A stretch of 61,138 nt of DNA, counting the filler, from Candidatus Tectimicrobiota bacterium (GTDB lineage: Bacteria; JACPSX01), in NCBI GenBank assembly GCA_016193065.1. It is 5 parts of 5 records of this genome, joined end to end, with 100 filler letters (N's around TTAATTAATTAA, not from the genome) between each part and the next. Parts side by side here need not be neighbours in the genome. Positions count along the whole stretch, not along the records: positions 1 to 22,428 come from JACPSX010000264.1; positions 22,529 to 36,556 come from JACPSX010000064.1; 3 more parts are not named here. The stretch is one strand, 5' to 3'. Of this stretch, positions 19,021 through 27,546 are shown in pieces. The position numbers were made by a program, and so were the translations under genes. The number at the start of each line of letters is the position of its first letter. Positions within the stretch are counted from its first letter, which is position 1. The notes below the pieces were generated by a model, which had not been told where the DNA came from, did no database searches, and worked only from the letters and a program-made list of their open reading frames with translations.

Positions 19021-20331
19021 CTATTCGGGTACGTAGACCGCGTAGCCTCTGGGCGCCGCGTACACCTGGGACCATCCGCCCCCATCGGAGCGCTGATCCA
19101 AGGGCCTGTTCCGGTCGTGTCCCCACCAGGCGGCGCAGGTGAGTTTCGTATTGGGCCACTTCGTCTGCACCCAGGCGCCGCGCCAGGAGTCCGGGTCCGC
19201 GTTGACCACCACCACGAGCCCCCGCTGGTTCCCGTATCCGTGACGTTGGGCGATGTAGAGGCGGCGATCGCTGTACAGCAGAGCCGTCCCTCCTCCCGCA
19301 TAGTCCCGGTGGACCTGGCACAGCTTCGCAATCCCGTTCGGGCTGTTCGGCAGCGCCAGACCGTAGTTGTAGTAGTCCTTCCAGAACACGCAGGGCACCC
19401 CCTCGTGCGTCAGGATAAAGGCGTAGGCGAGCAGCTTGTCGCGGACAATGGGCTGGTTTCGATCGGTGTCGTGGTTGTCGCAGAAAGTCACGGAGTGCAT
19501 GGGGATATCAAAGACCAGCCCGCTTCCCCACAGCCCCCTCATGTCGTACCCGGAGTTGTTGCACATCTCGCGCAGGGAGTAAAAGAGCGGAAAGTCAAAG
19601 GCCGACGCCGACCACCGAATGTAATCCAGGTAGCCCTTCACGGCGTCCTTGTTCCCGTCCCAGTACTCCACCACGCCGAAGCACTTCTGCCACTCTTGAA
19701 TGCTCTGCACGATCCACGAGTCGAAATACTTGACGGCGTCGTAGCGGAACCCGTCGTACCCGATCCCGGCCTGCCGATCCCGGAGCCAGCGGATGGACTC
19801 GATGACCTCCAGGTAGGTGTACGGGTTGTCATGGCAGAGGTCGGGGAGCTCGTAGCCTTCCAGGTCGCCGTAAAAGGCGCCGGCATCGCGGGAGGAGTAC
19901 TCGCAGGGATGGAAATAGGTCCAGTCCCGGGGAAACTTTCCGGACTTCGGGGCGTACTTCGTCATCATCTCCTTGCCGGTCAGGGGATTGCGCTCCTTCG
20001 CGTCGCCGATGTCACAGTGGTTCAGCACGGCATCGGCGAGAACCATCATACCGTTCTCATGGGCTGTCTGCAGGAGCGCCCGCAGCTCCGCTTTGGACCC
20101 GAACCAGGTCTTTACTCCCCCCTTCTGGTCGAACTCTCCTTGATCGTAGTAATCATACGGGGCGTACCCCATGCTGTCCACGTGGCTCGATTTCGCCGAC
20201 GGCGGCAGCCACAAGCCCGTGATCCCGATCCCGGCGAGCTCGGGGACTTTGGCGCGTACGCGCTCCCACCACTCCCCTTCCTTCCCCTCGGCCCGCGGGC
20301 AATCCCAGTAGAAGGCTTGCAGGATTCTCAT
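19021..20331 (-). CDS. Alpha-amylase, GH13, no signal peptide
   Basis: QAFYWD, MGYAPYDYYD.GEFDQKG, DAVLNH, DGFRYDAVK, VVEYWD, FCDNHDTD conserved regions. Confidence 0.92.
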   Translation of the reverse strand: MRILQAFYWDCPRAEGKEGEWWERVRAKVPELAGIGITGLWLPPSAKSSHVDSMGYAPYDYYDQGEFDQKGGVKTWFGSKAELRALLQTAHENGMMVLADAVLNHCDIGDAKERNPLTGKEMMTKYAPKSGKFPRDWTYFHPCEYSSRDAGAFYGDLEGYELPDLCHDNPYTYLEVIESIRWLRDRQAGIGYDGFRYDAVKYFDSWIVQSIQEWQKCFGVVEYWDGNKDAVKGYLDYIRWSASAFDFPLFYSLREMCNNSGYDMRGLWGSGLVFDIPMHSVTFCDNHDTDRNQPIVRDKLLAYAFILTHEGVPCVFWKDYYNYGLALPNSPNGIAKLCQVHRDYAGGGTALLYSDRRLYIAQRHGYGNQRGLVVVVNADPDSWRGAWVQTKWPNTKLTCAAWWGHDRNRPLDQRSDGGGWSQVYAAPRGYAVYVPE

Positions 20332-20443
20332 GACGAGCCTCCTTTCCTCGTGCTACCGATACACAAGGAAGCTTCAGTGTGATCCACATGCCAAGTGCAA
20401 CATTTCTACTGTCTGGGCATGTCCTCTGGTTACCAAATTCAGA

Positions 20444-20770
20444 AATTCAGGGGACACCTTACTTAATTTGGTACCTCCTTGCTCCCTTCGGGCCTGGCTT
20501 CTGCCGCCTCAGTATCCGTTCTATGACCAGCTCCAGCTTTTCCGTAAAGCTTTCACTTCCAAGCGGCCTGCCGGTTCGCTCGTGTTTCCTGATGTCGCTC
20601 ATTTCTTCTCCCTCTCCGGCAGAGGACAGGTGGGCATCCGCCGGTTGCCCCGTTGGGTAACGTGGTGAGGTATGCCGGCAGCTATAACACGCGCAATTCG
20701 AGCCATGGGGCGAATTTAATGGAAGCAAATCACAAGTCAAGGAAGAATTAAGTACGGTGTCCCCGGAATT
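20444..20770 (-). mobile_element. MITE-like internally deleted RAYT element with 25-bp terminal inverted repeats
   Basis: TIRs AATTCAGGGGACACCTTACTTAATT (20444-20468) and AATTAAGTACGGTGTCCCCGGAATT (20746-20770), 23/25 complementary; inside, MARIARVIAAGIPHHVTQRGNRR is joined out of frame to IRKHERTGRPLGSESF...KPGPK. Confidence 0.8.
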
Positions 20771-20815
20771 TCGGAATTCCCGGAATTCTGGAATTCGCGG
20801 AATTCGGACGGAATT
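20765..20815 (+). repeat. Six irregularly spaced GGAATT iterations at the element end
   Basis: ggaatt tc ggaatt ccc ggaatt ct ggaatt cgc ggaatt cggac ggaatt. Confidence 0.8.
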
Positions 20816-20942
20816 ACCTCCGCGAGCGATGTGGTCGCGGCGGCAAAGAACCTTTCGTCACGGAAGTTTCCCGCCCTTAACATCCGGGAGTCTCATAGGT
20901 GTCAGCCCCGGCCTGGCGAGCCCGTAAGCATCTCCTTGCCGC

Positions 20943-21440
20943 TCACCGCTCATCCTCCTGGGATTCCGCTCGCAGGGCTTGGAGGGCCTTCAGTTCAGGC
21001 AGAAGCCTGAGATCTTTGGGACGACCCGCGGCCTGCTTGGTGAGGATGAGGCCTTCCAGCGTTAACACCCAGACGCTGTACCCATACAGCTCCACCTCTT
21101 CCGCATGGGCTTTAACCGCTTCATAGTCTCCAAGCCCAGCCACCTCTCCCATCAGATCGAGATCGCCTCCCTCCGTGGTCAAGGTGAAATTCAGTCCGGC
21201 TTTGAGGGTCGTGTCGTCCAGCGCAAAGGGGAGATCGGCAGGGGCACCCCGGAGCCGGGGGTTGAAGGGGTGGAGGGCCTGGCTGAGCCGTTGGTAATTA
21301 TCCCGCTGCCGCTGGTAGCAAATGTCCAAGTCCGCTGTGACATACGAGGAGCCCTGCGCGACAGCGGCCATGCCGCCGATGATCACAAACGCCACCTCAG
21401 CCTTGCACAGGGCGGTCAGCAATCTCTCGGCCTCGAGCAC
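20943..21440 (-). CDS. Small nucleotidyltransferase-fold protein (putative TA component)
   Basis: VAFVIIGGMAA...TADLDI, GDLDL, K.AAGRPKD; probable GTG start at 21440. Confidence 0.8.
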   Translation of the reverse strand: MLEAERLLTALCKAEVAFVIIGGMAAVAQGSSYVTADLDICYQRQRDNYQRLSQALHPFNPRLRGAPADLPFALDDTTLKAGLNFTLTTEGGDLDLMGEVAGLGDYEAVKAHAEEVELYGYSVWVLTLEGLILTKQAAGRPKDLRLLPELKALQALRAESQEDER

Positions 21441-21612
21441 GTCTCGGTTTCCTCTTGACGTAGCGCAGCGTCTCGACCAGTGCCAGCGCCGCTTGGTGAC
21501 GTTGCAAGCGTTCCGTCGGTGTCCACTCGAGGCGCTCGCGCAACATGGACAGGTCAACCCCGTCCTGTTCAGCCCAGGCCAGGATCTCTGCAGGAGAAGG
21601 AATTAGTTGCAC
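21397..21612 (-). CDS. Small partner protein of the nucleotidyltransferase (putative antitoxin)
   Basis: GVDLSMLRERLEWTPTERL motif; overlaps the downstream gene; AGAGG RBS. Confidence 0.65.
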   Translation of the reverse strand: MQLIPSPAEILAWAEQDGVDLSMLRERLEWTPTERLQRHQAALALVETLRYVKRKPRRARGREIADRPVQG

Positions 21613-21920
21613 CCTCTACCCTCCGTACGTCCTTATCCACGCTTATTGATAGTACAACTCCTTTGCCCAAAGCAAGCAATTCTTCCACACCCCTTGTAGG
21701 ACCGTCAGTAGACAGGCTCTGTTTCTCCGTGCCTGTTTTGGCAGTTTTCTCCGTCCGAGGGTCTGATGGATCAGGCATGAACCGCGCGCCGTAGCGCGCC
21801 GGCGCCATGCCTTTCTCAAAGTAAGCCGCGTCGCGGCAGCATTTTCTTCCTACTGTAACAGACTTCCTTCCTCCTGCCCCTAAAAAATTGTTCCCAGGGC
21901 CTTTCGTGGACGCGAAACGG

Positions 21921-22162
21921 GGGACGTTGCAATCTGTGCTCCAGGATACCCCATCTTGCCTATGGCCAGTTGACAAAACAGCCTCAATGCGACCCAGATA
22001 ATCCTCTCAATCGGTCCGGTTTCAAAAGACCTTCGTCCCCTCCATACCCCGTCCCATCACGTGATGCAGGGTCCCGGGGGCATCCAATCTCGACTGTCTG
22101 GGCATTCCCTCTCATCACCCCGAGGAGGTGAATCCGTCAAGCTCATTCACAAACAACGTCCC
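21921..22162 (-). mobile_element. Miniature RAYT-derived element, copy C
   Basis: 9-bp TIR GGGACGTTG / CAACGTCCC; MPRQSRLDAPGTLHHVMGRGMEGR N-terminus followed by RLFCQLAIGKMGYPGAQIA (RAYT C-terminal HTH-like). Confidence 0.78.
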
Positions 22163-22179
22163 TGATTGCCGCGTGTCGG

Positions 22180-22428
22180 CTAACCTGTCGCCCGTTTGCG
22201 AGCGGTCCGGGTTGAACGACGAGATGGAAGTTGTGCCTGAGCATCAACGTAAGCATCGATCAGACGTCGGATCATCCGTTGATATTGTGTGTGATGCTTC
22301 GCAGCCTCGGATTTGAAAAATTCGATGCTCCTCTTGCTCAAGGCGATCGTAACCTTTACCCCCTCTTCCCGAAATGCGAGTTCCTCAGGAGAAGGAAGAA
22401 AGTCCGGGATTACCTTGAGATCACCCAG
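22180..22428 (-). CDS. CopG/BrnA-like antitoxin, 5'-truncated by contig end (absent from the ORF track)
   Basis: Manual translation LGDLKVIPDFLPSPEELAFREEGVKVTIALSKRSIEFFKSEAAKHHTQYQRMIRRLIDAY...TG*. Confidence 0.75.
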   Translation of the reverse strand: MGDLKVIPDFLPSPEELAFREEGVKVTIALSKRSIEFFKSEAAKHHTQYQRMIRRLIDAYVDAQAQLPSRRSTRTARKRATG

Positions 22429-22528
22429 NNNNNNNNNNNNNNNNNNNNNNNNNNNNNNNNNNNNNNNNNNNNTTAATTAATTAANNNNNNNNNNNNNNNN
22501 NNNNNNNNNNNNNNNNNNNNNNNNNNNN
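22429..22528. other. Artificial contig spacer
   Basis: N-run / TTAATTAATTAA (stops in all frames) / N-run. Confidence 0.98.
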
Positions 22529-24226
22529 AATCTGGGTTTTAACCTGGTCGCAAAGAGAAAGCTTCCACTGGAATCTCACAGCATCCAGGATCTAACTGCC
22601 TTGCAGAACCTAGCTGCGCTTTCCGGACCATTTCTGAAGGAAGATGCCCCGAGCTCCAAGCATGTAGCGGTCATCGGCTCCGGCGTTGCGGGCATGACCT
22701 GCGCTCACGACCTGGCAATCCTGGGAAACCGGGTAAGGGTCTTTGAGGCGCAGCAGGTTCCCGGGGGCATGCTGGTTCTCGGGGTGCCAGAGTACCGCCT
22801 CCCGAGATCTCTCATCCGGGCGGAGATTGACGCGATCCTCGATCTGGGCGTTGAAATCAGGTTCGGGCAGACACTGGGGAAAGACTTTTTGATTCGTGAC
22901 CTCTGGTCTCAGGGCTTCGATGCCGTCTTCCTTGCTATCGGAGCCCATAAGAGCCGGGAATTGCGGATGGAAGGGGTAGAGCTGGACGGGGTCTTTCGGG
23001 CCCTCGAATTCCTGCTCAACGTGAATCTGGATTATAGGGTCAATCTGGGCCGCCGTGTTGTGGTTGTGGGTGGAGGGGATGTGGCCATGGACGCCGCCCG
23101 GTCCGCGGCCCGGGAACTTCTCGCGGAGGAAGTGCGGCTCTCCACCGCGCACGTGGGAGTCATCAACGGGTCCCTGGATGCTGCCTCGGCCATGCGAGAG
23201 GCCATGGATGTGGCCCGGGAGGCCATGAGACGGGGGACCCGGGAAGTGCAGGTGGTCTGTCTGGAAAGCTGGGAAGAGATGCCCGCCCAGCGGTTTGAAG
23301 TGGAAGAAGCTATCGAGGAGGGAGTGATGCTCCACACCCGCCTGGGTCCCAAGCGAATTCTGGGAGAAGACGGAAAAGTGCGGGGGATCGAGATGCTCGC
23401 GGTGCGCTCCGTTTTTGATGAAAAGGGCCGCTTCAACCCCGCCTTCGTGGAAGGCTCCGAGCAAGTCATGGAAGCGGATTCCGTCATCCTGGCGGTGGGT
23501 CAGACTTCCGACCTGTCCTTCCTGACCCCCGAGGACAGCGTGGAATTGACGCCGCGGGGGACGATCAAGGTGGATCTGGAAACCATGGCCACCACGGCCC
23601 CGGGGATTTTTGCGGGCGGCGACGTGGCCCTGGGCCCGCGCATCTTCATCGAAGGGGTGGAGACCGGCCACCGGGCCGCCCGGGGGATCCACGAGTATCT
23701 CTCGGGGCGGAAAATCCGGGTTGAAAAAAGAGAGCACTGGGCCGGGATCGACTTCCGGGAGCAGCACTTCTTCGGCGCCGCGGAGACGCGAAGGCCCTGG
23801 CTCCCCGTCGTTCAACAGGGCTACGAGAAGATCCCGCGGGAATCCCCGCCCGCCATCCCCGTCGACCGCCGGATCGGAATCGCCGAGGTGGAGCTCTGCT
23901 ACGGAGAAATGGAAGCCCGGCGCCAGGCCAGCCGCTGCCTGCGCTGCGGCATGAATCCTATTTTTGACGCGACCAGATGCATCCTGTGCGGGGGGTGCGT
24001 GGACGTATGTCCGCACTGGTGTCTGCGCATGGTCCCGCTGCCGGAAATCGAGGAAGGGGAAACGCTTTCCCGGCTTGTGGAGGCTCCATTGGGATCGCCT
24101 GCGGGCAGCGCGATGATCATGGACACCACAGCCTGCATCCGCTGCTCCCTCTGCGCCCTGCGCTGTCCCACGGGGGCCATCACGATGGAGAGCTTCCAGT
24201 TTGTGGAGGAATTAACCTATGAGTGA
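22529..24226 (+). CDS. NAD(P)/FAD-dependent oxidoreductase (GltD-like) with C-terminal 2x[4Fe-4S] domain, 5'-partial
   Basis: VIGSGVAG, GVPEYRLP, VVGGGDVAMD, FAGGD, RCLRC, CILCGGCVDVCP, CIRCSLCALRCP; frame open from the contig start. Confidence 0.9.
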   Translation, partial: NLGFNLVAKRKLPLESHSIQDLTALQNLAALSGPFLKEDAPSSKHVAVIGSGVAGMTCAHDLAILGNRVRVFEAQQVPGGMLVLGVPEYRLPRSLIRAEIDAILDLGVEIRFGQTLGKDFLIRDLWSQGFDAVFLAIGAHKSRELRMEGVELDGVFRALEFLLNVNLDYRVNLGRRVVVVGGGDVAMDAARSAARELLAEEVRLSTAHVGVINGSLDAASAMREAMDVAREAMRRGTREVQVVCLESWEEMPAQRFEVEEAIEEGVMLHTRLGPKRILGEDGKVRGIEMLAVRSVFDEKGRFNPAFVEGSEQVMEADSVILAVGQTSDLSFLTPEDSVELTPRGTIKVDLETMATTAPGIFAGGDVALGPRIFIEGVETGHRAARGIHEYLSGRKIRVEKREHWAGIDFREQHFFGAAETRRPWLPVVQQGYEKIPRESPPAIPVDRRIGIAEVELCYGEMEARRQASRCLRCGMNPIFDATRCILCGGCVDVCPHWCLRMVPLPEIEEGETLSRLVEAPLGSPAGSAMIMDTTACIRCSLCALRCPTGAITMESFQFVEELTYE

Positions 24227-24710
24227 GTCGAAAAAAGGCGGCATCTTCAGCCGGCGCGGTCTGCTGGGAATCGGCTGGTTTAGCTTCATTGTTTCCATGG
24301 TGGGTCCCGCCCTGGCCAACATCCGCTTTCTCTTCCCCAACGTGGTGTATGAACCCCCCAGCCGGGTCAAGCTCGGCAAACCGGAAGAGTACGCCCGCGG
24401 CTCCGCCACTTTCGTGGAGGACCAGAGGTTTTACTTGTTCCGGGATGGAGAGGGGTTCCGGGCCATCTCCGCCGTGTGCACCCACCTGCGCTGCACGATC
24501 AACTCCTTTGGACCCGCGGACGCCGAGTACGGGGAACCCCACGCCCACTGTCCCTGCCACGGCAGCGTGTTTGCGCAAAAAGACGGCCGGGTCCTGAAAG
24601 GCCCCGCTCCCGTCGCCCTGGAAATATACGAGGTCGGCCTGGCACCCGACGGCCGGCTCGTGGTGGACACGGCCCGGCGGGTGGACGCCGGGTTCCGGTT
24701 CAGGGTCTAG
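24219..24710 (+). CDS. Rieske iron-sulfur protein of a Rieske/cytochrome b complex
   Basis: Tat-like FSRRGLL plus TM helix; CTHLRC and CPCHGS boxes; GPAP. Confidence 0.93.
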   Translation: MSESKKGGIFSRRGLLGIGWFSFIVSMVGPALANIRFLFPNVVYEPPSRVKLGKPEEYARGSATFVEDQRFYLFRDGEGFRAISAVCTHLRCTINSFGPADAEYGEPHAHCPCHGSVFAQKDGRVLKGPAPVALEIYEVGLAPDGRLVVDTARRVDAGFRFRV

Positions 24711-24727
24711 CAGGGGAGAAGAAGAAC

Positions 24728-26194
24728 ATGGCCAAACTCACCGAGAACCGCTTCTGGCGCTCCCTGTTCCGCAGACCGCTCCCTGACAGCGACCTCGACC
24801 GCATGCTGACCATGTTCAGCAACTTCTTCCTCCATATCCTGCCCGCCAAGGTCCACCGCCACAGCTTGAAGCCCGGCGCCACCTGGGGCCTCGGGGTGAT
24901 CTCGTTCGTCCTGTTCCTGGTCCTCATCGTCACCGGCGTTCTGCTGATGTTTTTCTACGTCCCCTCGGTGGAGAGGGCCTACCGGGATATGAAGGACCTC
25001 AAGTACGTGGTTTCCTACGGAGTCATCCTGCGCAACATGCACCGCTGGGCGGCCCACGGCATGGTGGCGGCGGTCTTTCTTCACATGGTGCGGGTGTTCT
25101 TCACGGGTTCGTACAAGCCGCCGCGGGAATTCAACTGGGTTCTCGGGATCCTCCTCTGGGGGATCACCCTGCTGTTGAGCTTCACGGGCTACCTGCTCCC
25201 CTGGGACCAGCTCGCTTACTGGGCGATCACCGTGGGGACGAGCATCGCCAGCTATCCCCCCTGGATCGGAGAGAAGATCCGCGTCCTTCTTCTGGGAGGG
25301 AACATTGTCGGGGAAAGCGCACTGCTGCGCTTCTATGTGCTCCACGTGGTATTTCTCCCCATGGTCTTGATGGTCCTGGCGGCCGTCCATTTCTGGAGAG
25401 TCCGCAAGGACGGCGGCATCGCCCGACCCATCGCCCTGGCTCTCCACCCCGTTGCCGGCGGGGGCCCCACTTCGGCGGAAGCGACGGCGCGCTTCGTGCC
25501 GGGTCCCCTCAAGACCTACACCCTGGTGGAGCTTGTCCGTGGGACCTCGCCTCAGGTCGGCATCCAGGCTCCTGAGGAGGAGGTACCCTCCTGGCCCCAT
25601 CTCACCATGCGCCTGCTCATCGTGTTCGAGCTGGTCCTCGTTGTGCTCACGGCCGTAAGCTTCCTGTTCGATGCCCCGCTGCTGGAACAGGCGAATCCGG
25701 TGCGGCCCGACAATCCCGCCAAAGCCCCCTGGTACTTCCTGGGGATTCAGGAGCTCGTCAGCTACTCGGCCCTGGTGGGAGGGGTCCTGGTCCCTGCCAT
25801 CGCTCTTCTGGGACTCATGAGTATCCCTTACATGGATCGGGATCGATCAGACCAGGGGATCTGGTTCGGGAGTCCGGCGGGAAAACGAGCCGCATGGATC
25901 TCGTTCCTCCTCACGGTTCTGGTGATCCCCGCTCTTCTCTTCCTGGACTCCCGCTTTGGCGTGCGCCAGGTGGCCCCCGGGGCTCCCCAGTTTTTCACGG
26001 ATCTTCTAAACCCGGCCAGCGTCCTTACCACTCTTATGGCCGTGAGTTCCTTTCTCACCTGGCGCGCAACCCGCTCCCGGCGCCTGGGCGCCATGGTGCT
26101 CTTCACAGCCTTCGTTTCGGCCTACCTGGTCTTTACGGTCATCGGGACCTATTTCCGGGGGCCGAACTGGGTATGGGTCTGGCCATGGCAGTAA
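24728..26194 (+). CDS. Cytochrome b with fused subunit IV and C-terminal extension
   Basis: [61 protein letters not shown]; true start ATG 24728. Confidence 0.93.
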   Translation: MAKLTENRFWRSLFRRPLPDSDLDRMLTMFSNFFLHILPAKVHRHSLKPGATWGLGVISFVLFLVLIVTGVLLMFFYVPSVERAYRDMKDLKYVVSYGVILRNMHRWAAHGMVAAVFLHMVRVFFTGSYKPPREFNWVLGILLWGITLLLSFTGYLLPWDQLAYWAITVGTSIASYPPWIGEKIRVLLLGGNIVGESALLRFYVLHVVFLPMVLMVLAAVHFWRVRKDGGIARPIALALHPVAGGGPTSAEATARFVPGPLKTYTLVELVRGTSPQVGIQAPEEEVPSWPHLTMRLLIVFELVLVVLTAVSFLFDAPLLEQANPVRPDNPAKAPWYFLGIQELVSYSALVGGVLVPAIALLGLMSIPYMDRDRSDQGIWFGSPAGKRAAWISFLLTVLVIPALLFLDSRFGVRQVAPGAPQFFTDLLNPASVLTTLMAVSSFLTWRATRSRRLGAMVLFTAFVSAYLVFTVIGTYFRGPNWVWVWPWQ

Positions 26195-26237
26195 AACGGT
26201 TGCGGAAACTTCTTCCCTCGGACCTCGGAGGGTTCTG

Positions 26238-27536
26238 ATGCTGCGCATCTATCGCCTGTTCGCCCTGATGAGCCTGATCACACTGGCTCTTTTTCTCCTC
26301 TCTCTGTGGAAGGACTCTAACCGGGAGTGGAAGAAGTACCAGGATGAGTACCGGAATCTCCTGATCGCCAAGGCCAAAGACGCCGACCAGCGCCGCGCGG
26401 CTGAAAACGTCGGATACGAGTTCGCCCAGGTCAGCGTCGCGGAAGGGGCTCGGGTGGACCGCTGCATCATGTGCCACAGGGCCGTCGAGGACCCCAGGTT
26501 TGTGGACGCCCCCCAACCCCTGCGCGCGCACCCGAAGATCCCCTCCCACCCCTTCGAGCGCTTTGGCTGTACCGGTTGCCATGGGGGGGACGGCAGCGCC
26601 ACGGAGGTCCAAGCGGCCCATCAGGGGATCCAGAAAAAAGAAGGGGCCGTTCTTCCCGATGGCCGGATCGTTTACCTAACCGAGAGGGAAGAACCCCTTC
26701 TGCCCGGCAATCTGGTCCAGGCTTCCTGTGGATCCTGTCACCTGACGGAGGACCCGGGGAAGATCGGGGCTCCCGTGCTATCCCGGGGCAAGACCCTGTT
26801 TCAAGAAAAGGGGTGCATCGGCTGCCACCGGGTTGGTAGAATTGGAGGAAAGGTGGGACCCGAGTTGACTTTTGCCGGGGAAAAGCGCTCGGACCCGGAA
26901 TGGTTGCTCAAACACTTCCGGGATCCTGAGTCCCTGGTTCCAGACTCGGCCATGCCTTCCTACAAGAATCTTGGAGAAGAGGAGTTGCAGGCTTTGACCG
27001 CTTTTGTTCTGAGTCTCCGGGAGGTTCCCTTTACGTTGATCGCTTCGGCTCCCCTGCAACCACAGACCGTCGTTGCCTTGACCCCGCCTCCGGTGCCCCG
27101 GGAAGCCCACTGGGAAGCCCCCCGAAACGAAAACCTCCGGCCGAATCCTGTCCCGGCTAGTGCGGAGTCCGTAGCAAACGGGAAAAAGCTCTACGGCAAG
27201 TACTGCGCGGGCTGCCACGGGGAGTCGGGCAAAGGAGACGGGCCCGGGGCGCCGAAAGACTTGAAGCCGGAACCCGCGAATTTTGCCGACCCCCGCATGA
27301 TGGCCCACGAGCGGGAAGGCGGACTCTACTGGAAGATCACCCGCGGCCGGGGATTGATGCCGGGCTGGGAAGCCACGATCCCCCAAAAAGACCGCTGGGA
27401 TCTGGTCAACTTTCTCCGCACTCTGCCGCCGAAAGTCCAGATGCCTCCCGGCATGATGGAGCAGCCCCACGGCGCAATGGGAGGGGAGAAAGAGCCCGCC
27501 GGTCACATGGAGGAATCCCGGCCCGGCGGTCATTAG
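26238..27536 (+). CDS. Membrane-anchored pentaheme c-type cytochrome
   Basis: N-terminal TM helix; five CxxCH motifs (CIMCH, CTGCH, CGSCH, CIGCH, CAGCH). Confidence 0.9.
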   Translation: MLRIYRLFALMSLITLALFLLSLWKDSNREWKKYQDEYRNLLIAKAKDADQRRAAENVGYEFAQVSVAEGARVDRCIMCHRAVEDPRFVDAPQPLRAHPKIPSHPFERFGCTGCHGGDGSATEVQAAHQGIQKKEGAVLPDGRIVYLTEREEPLLPGNLVQASCGSCHLTEDPGKIGAPVLSRGKTLFQEKGCIGCHRVGRIGGKVGPELTFAGEKRSDPEWLLKHFRDPESLVPDSAMPSYKNLGEEELQALTAFVLSLREVPFTLIASAPLQPQTVVALTPPPVPREAHWEAPRNENLRPNPVPASAESVANGKKLYGKYCAGCHGESGKGDGPGAPKDLKPEPANFADPRMMAHEREGGLYWKITRGRGLMPGWEATIPQKDRWDLVNFLRTLPPKVQMPPGMMEQPHGAMGGEKEPAGHMEESRPGGH

Positions 27537-27546
27537 CCAAGGTCCC

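Noticed and set aside
20765-20815. GGAATT iterations as a mini-CRISPR or replication iterons
   Set aside because: 6-bp unit with 2-5-bp spacers, tied to an element end; no rep gene nearby.
17894-22162. Recurring ~100-bp repeats as a CRISPR array or ncRNA family
   Set aside because: Repeats are too long, spaced by kilobases and translate as RAYT N-termini; no cas genes are present.
22429-22528. TTAATTAATTAA palindrome within N-runs (also at 36557, 45922, 54209)
   Set aside because: Artificial contig linker; ORFs ending in X-runs and adjacency across it are not biological.
24476-24727. N-terminal extension of cytochrome b
   Set aside because: Overlaps the Rieske gene; the RBS supports ATG 24728.
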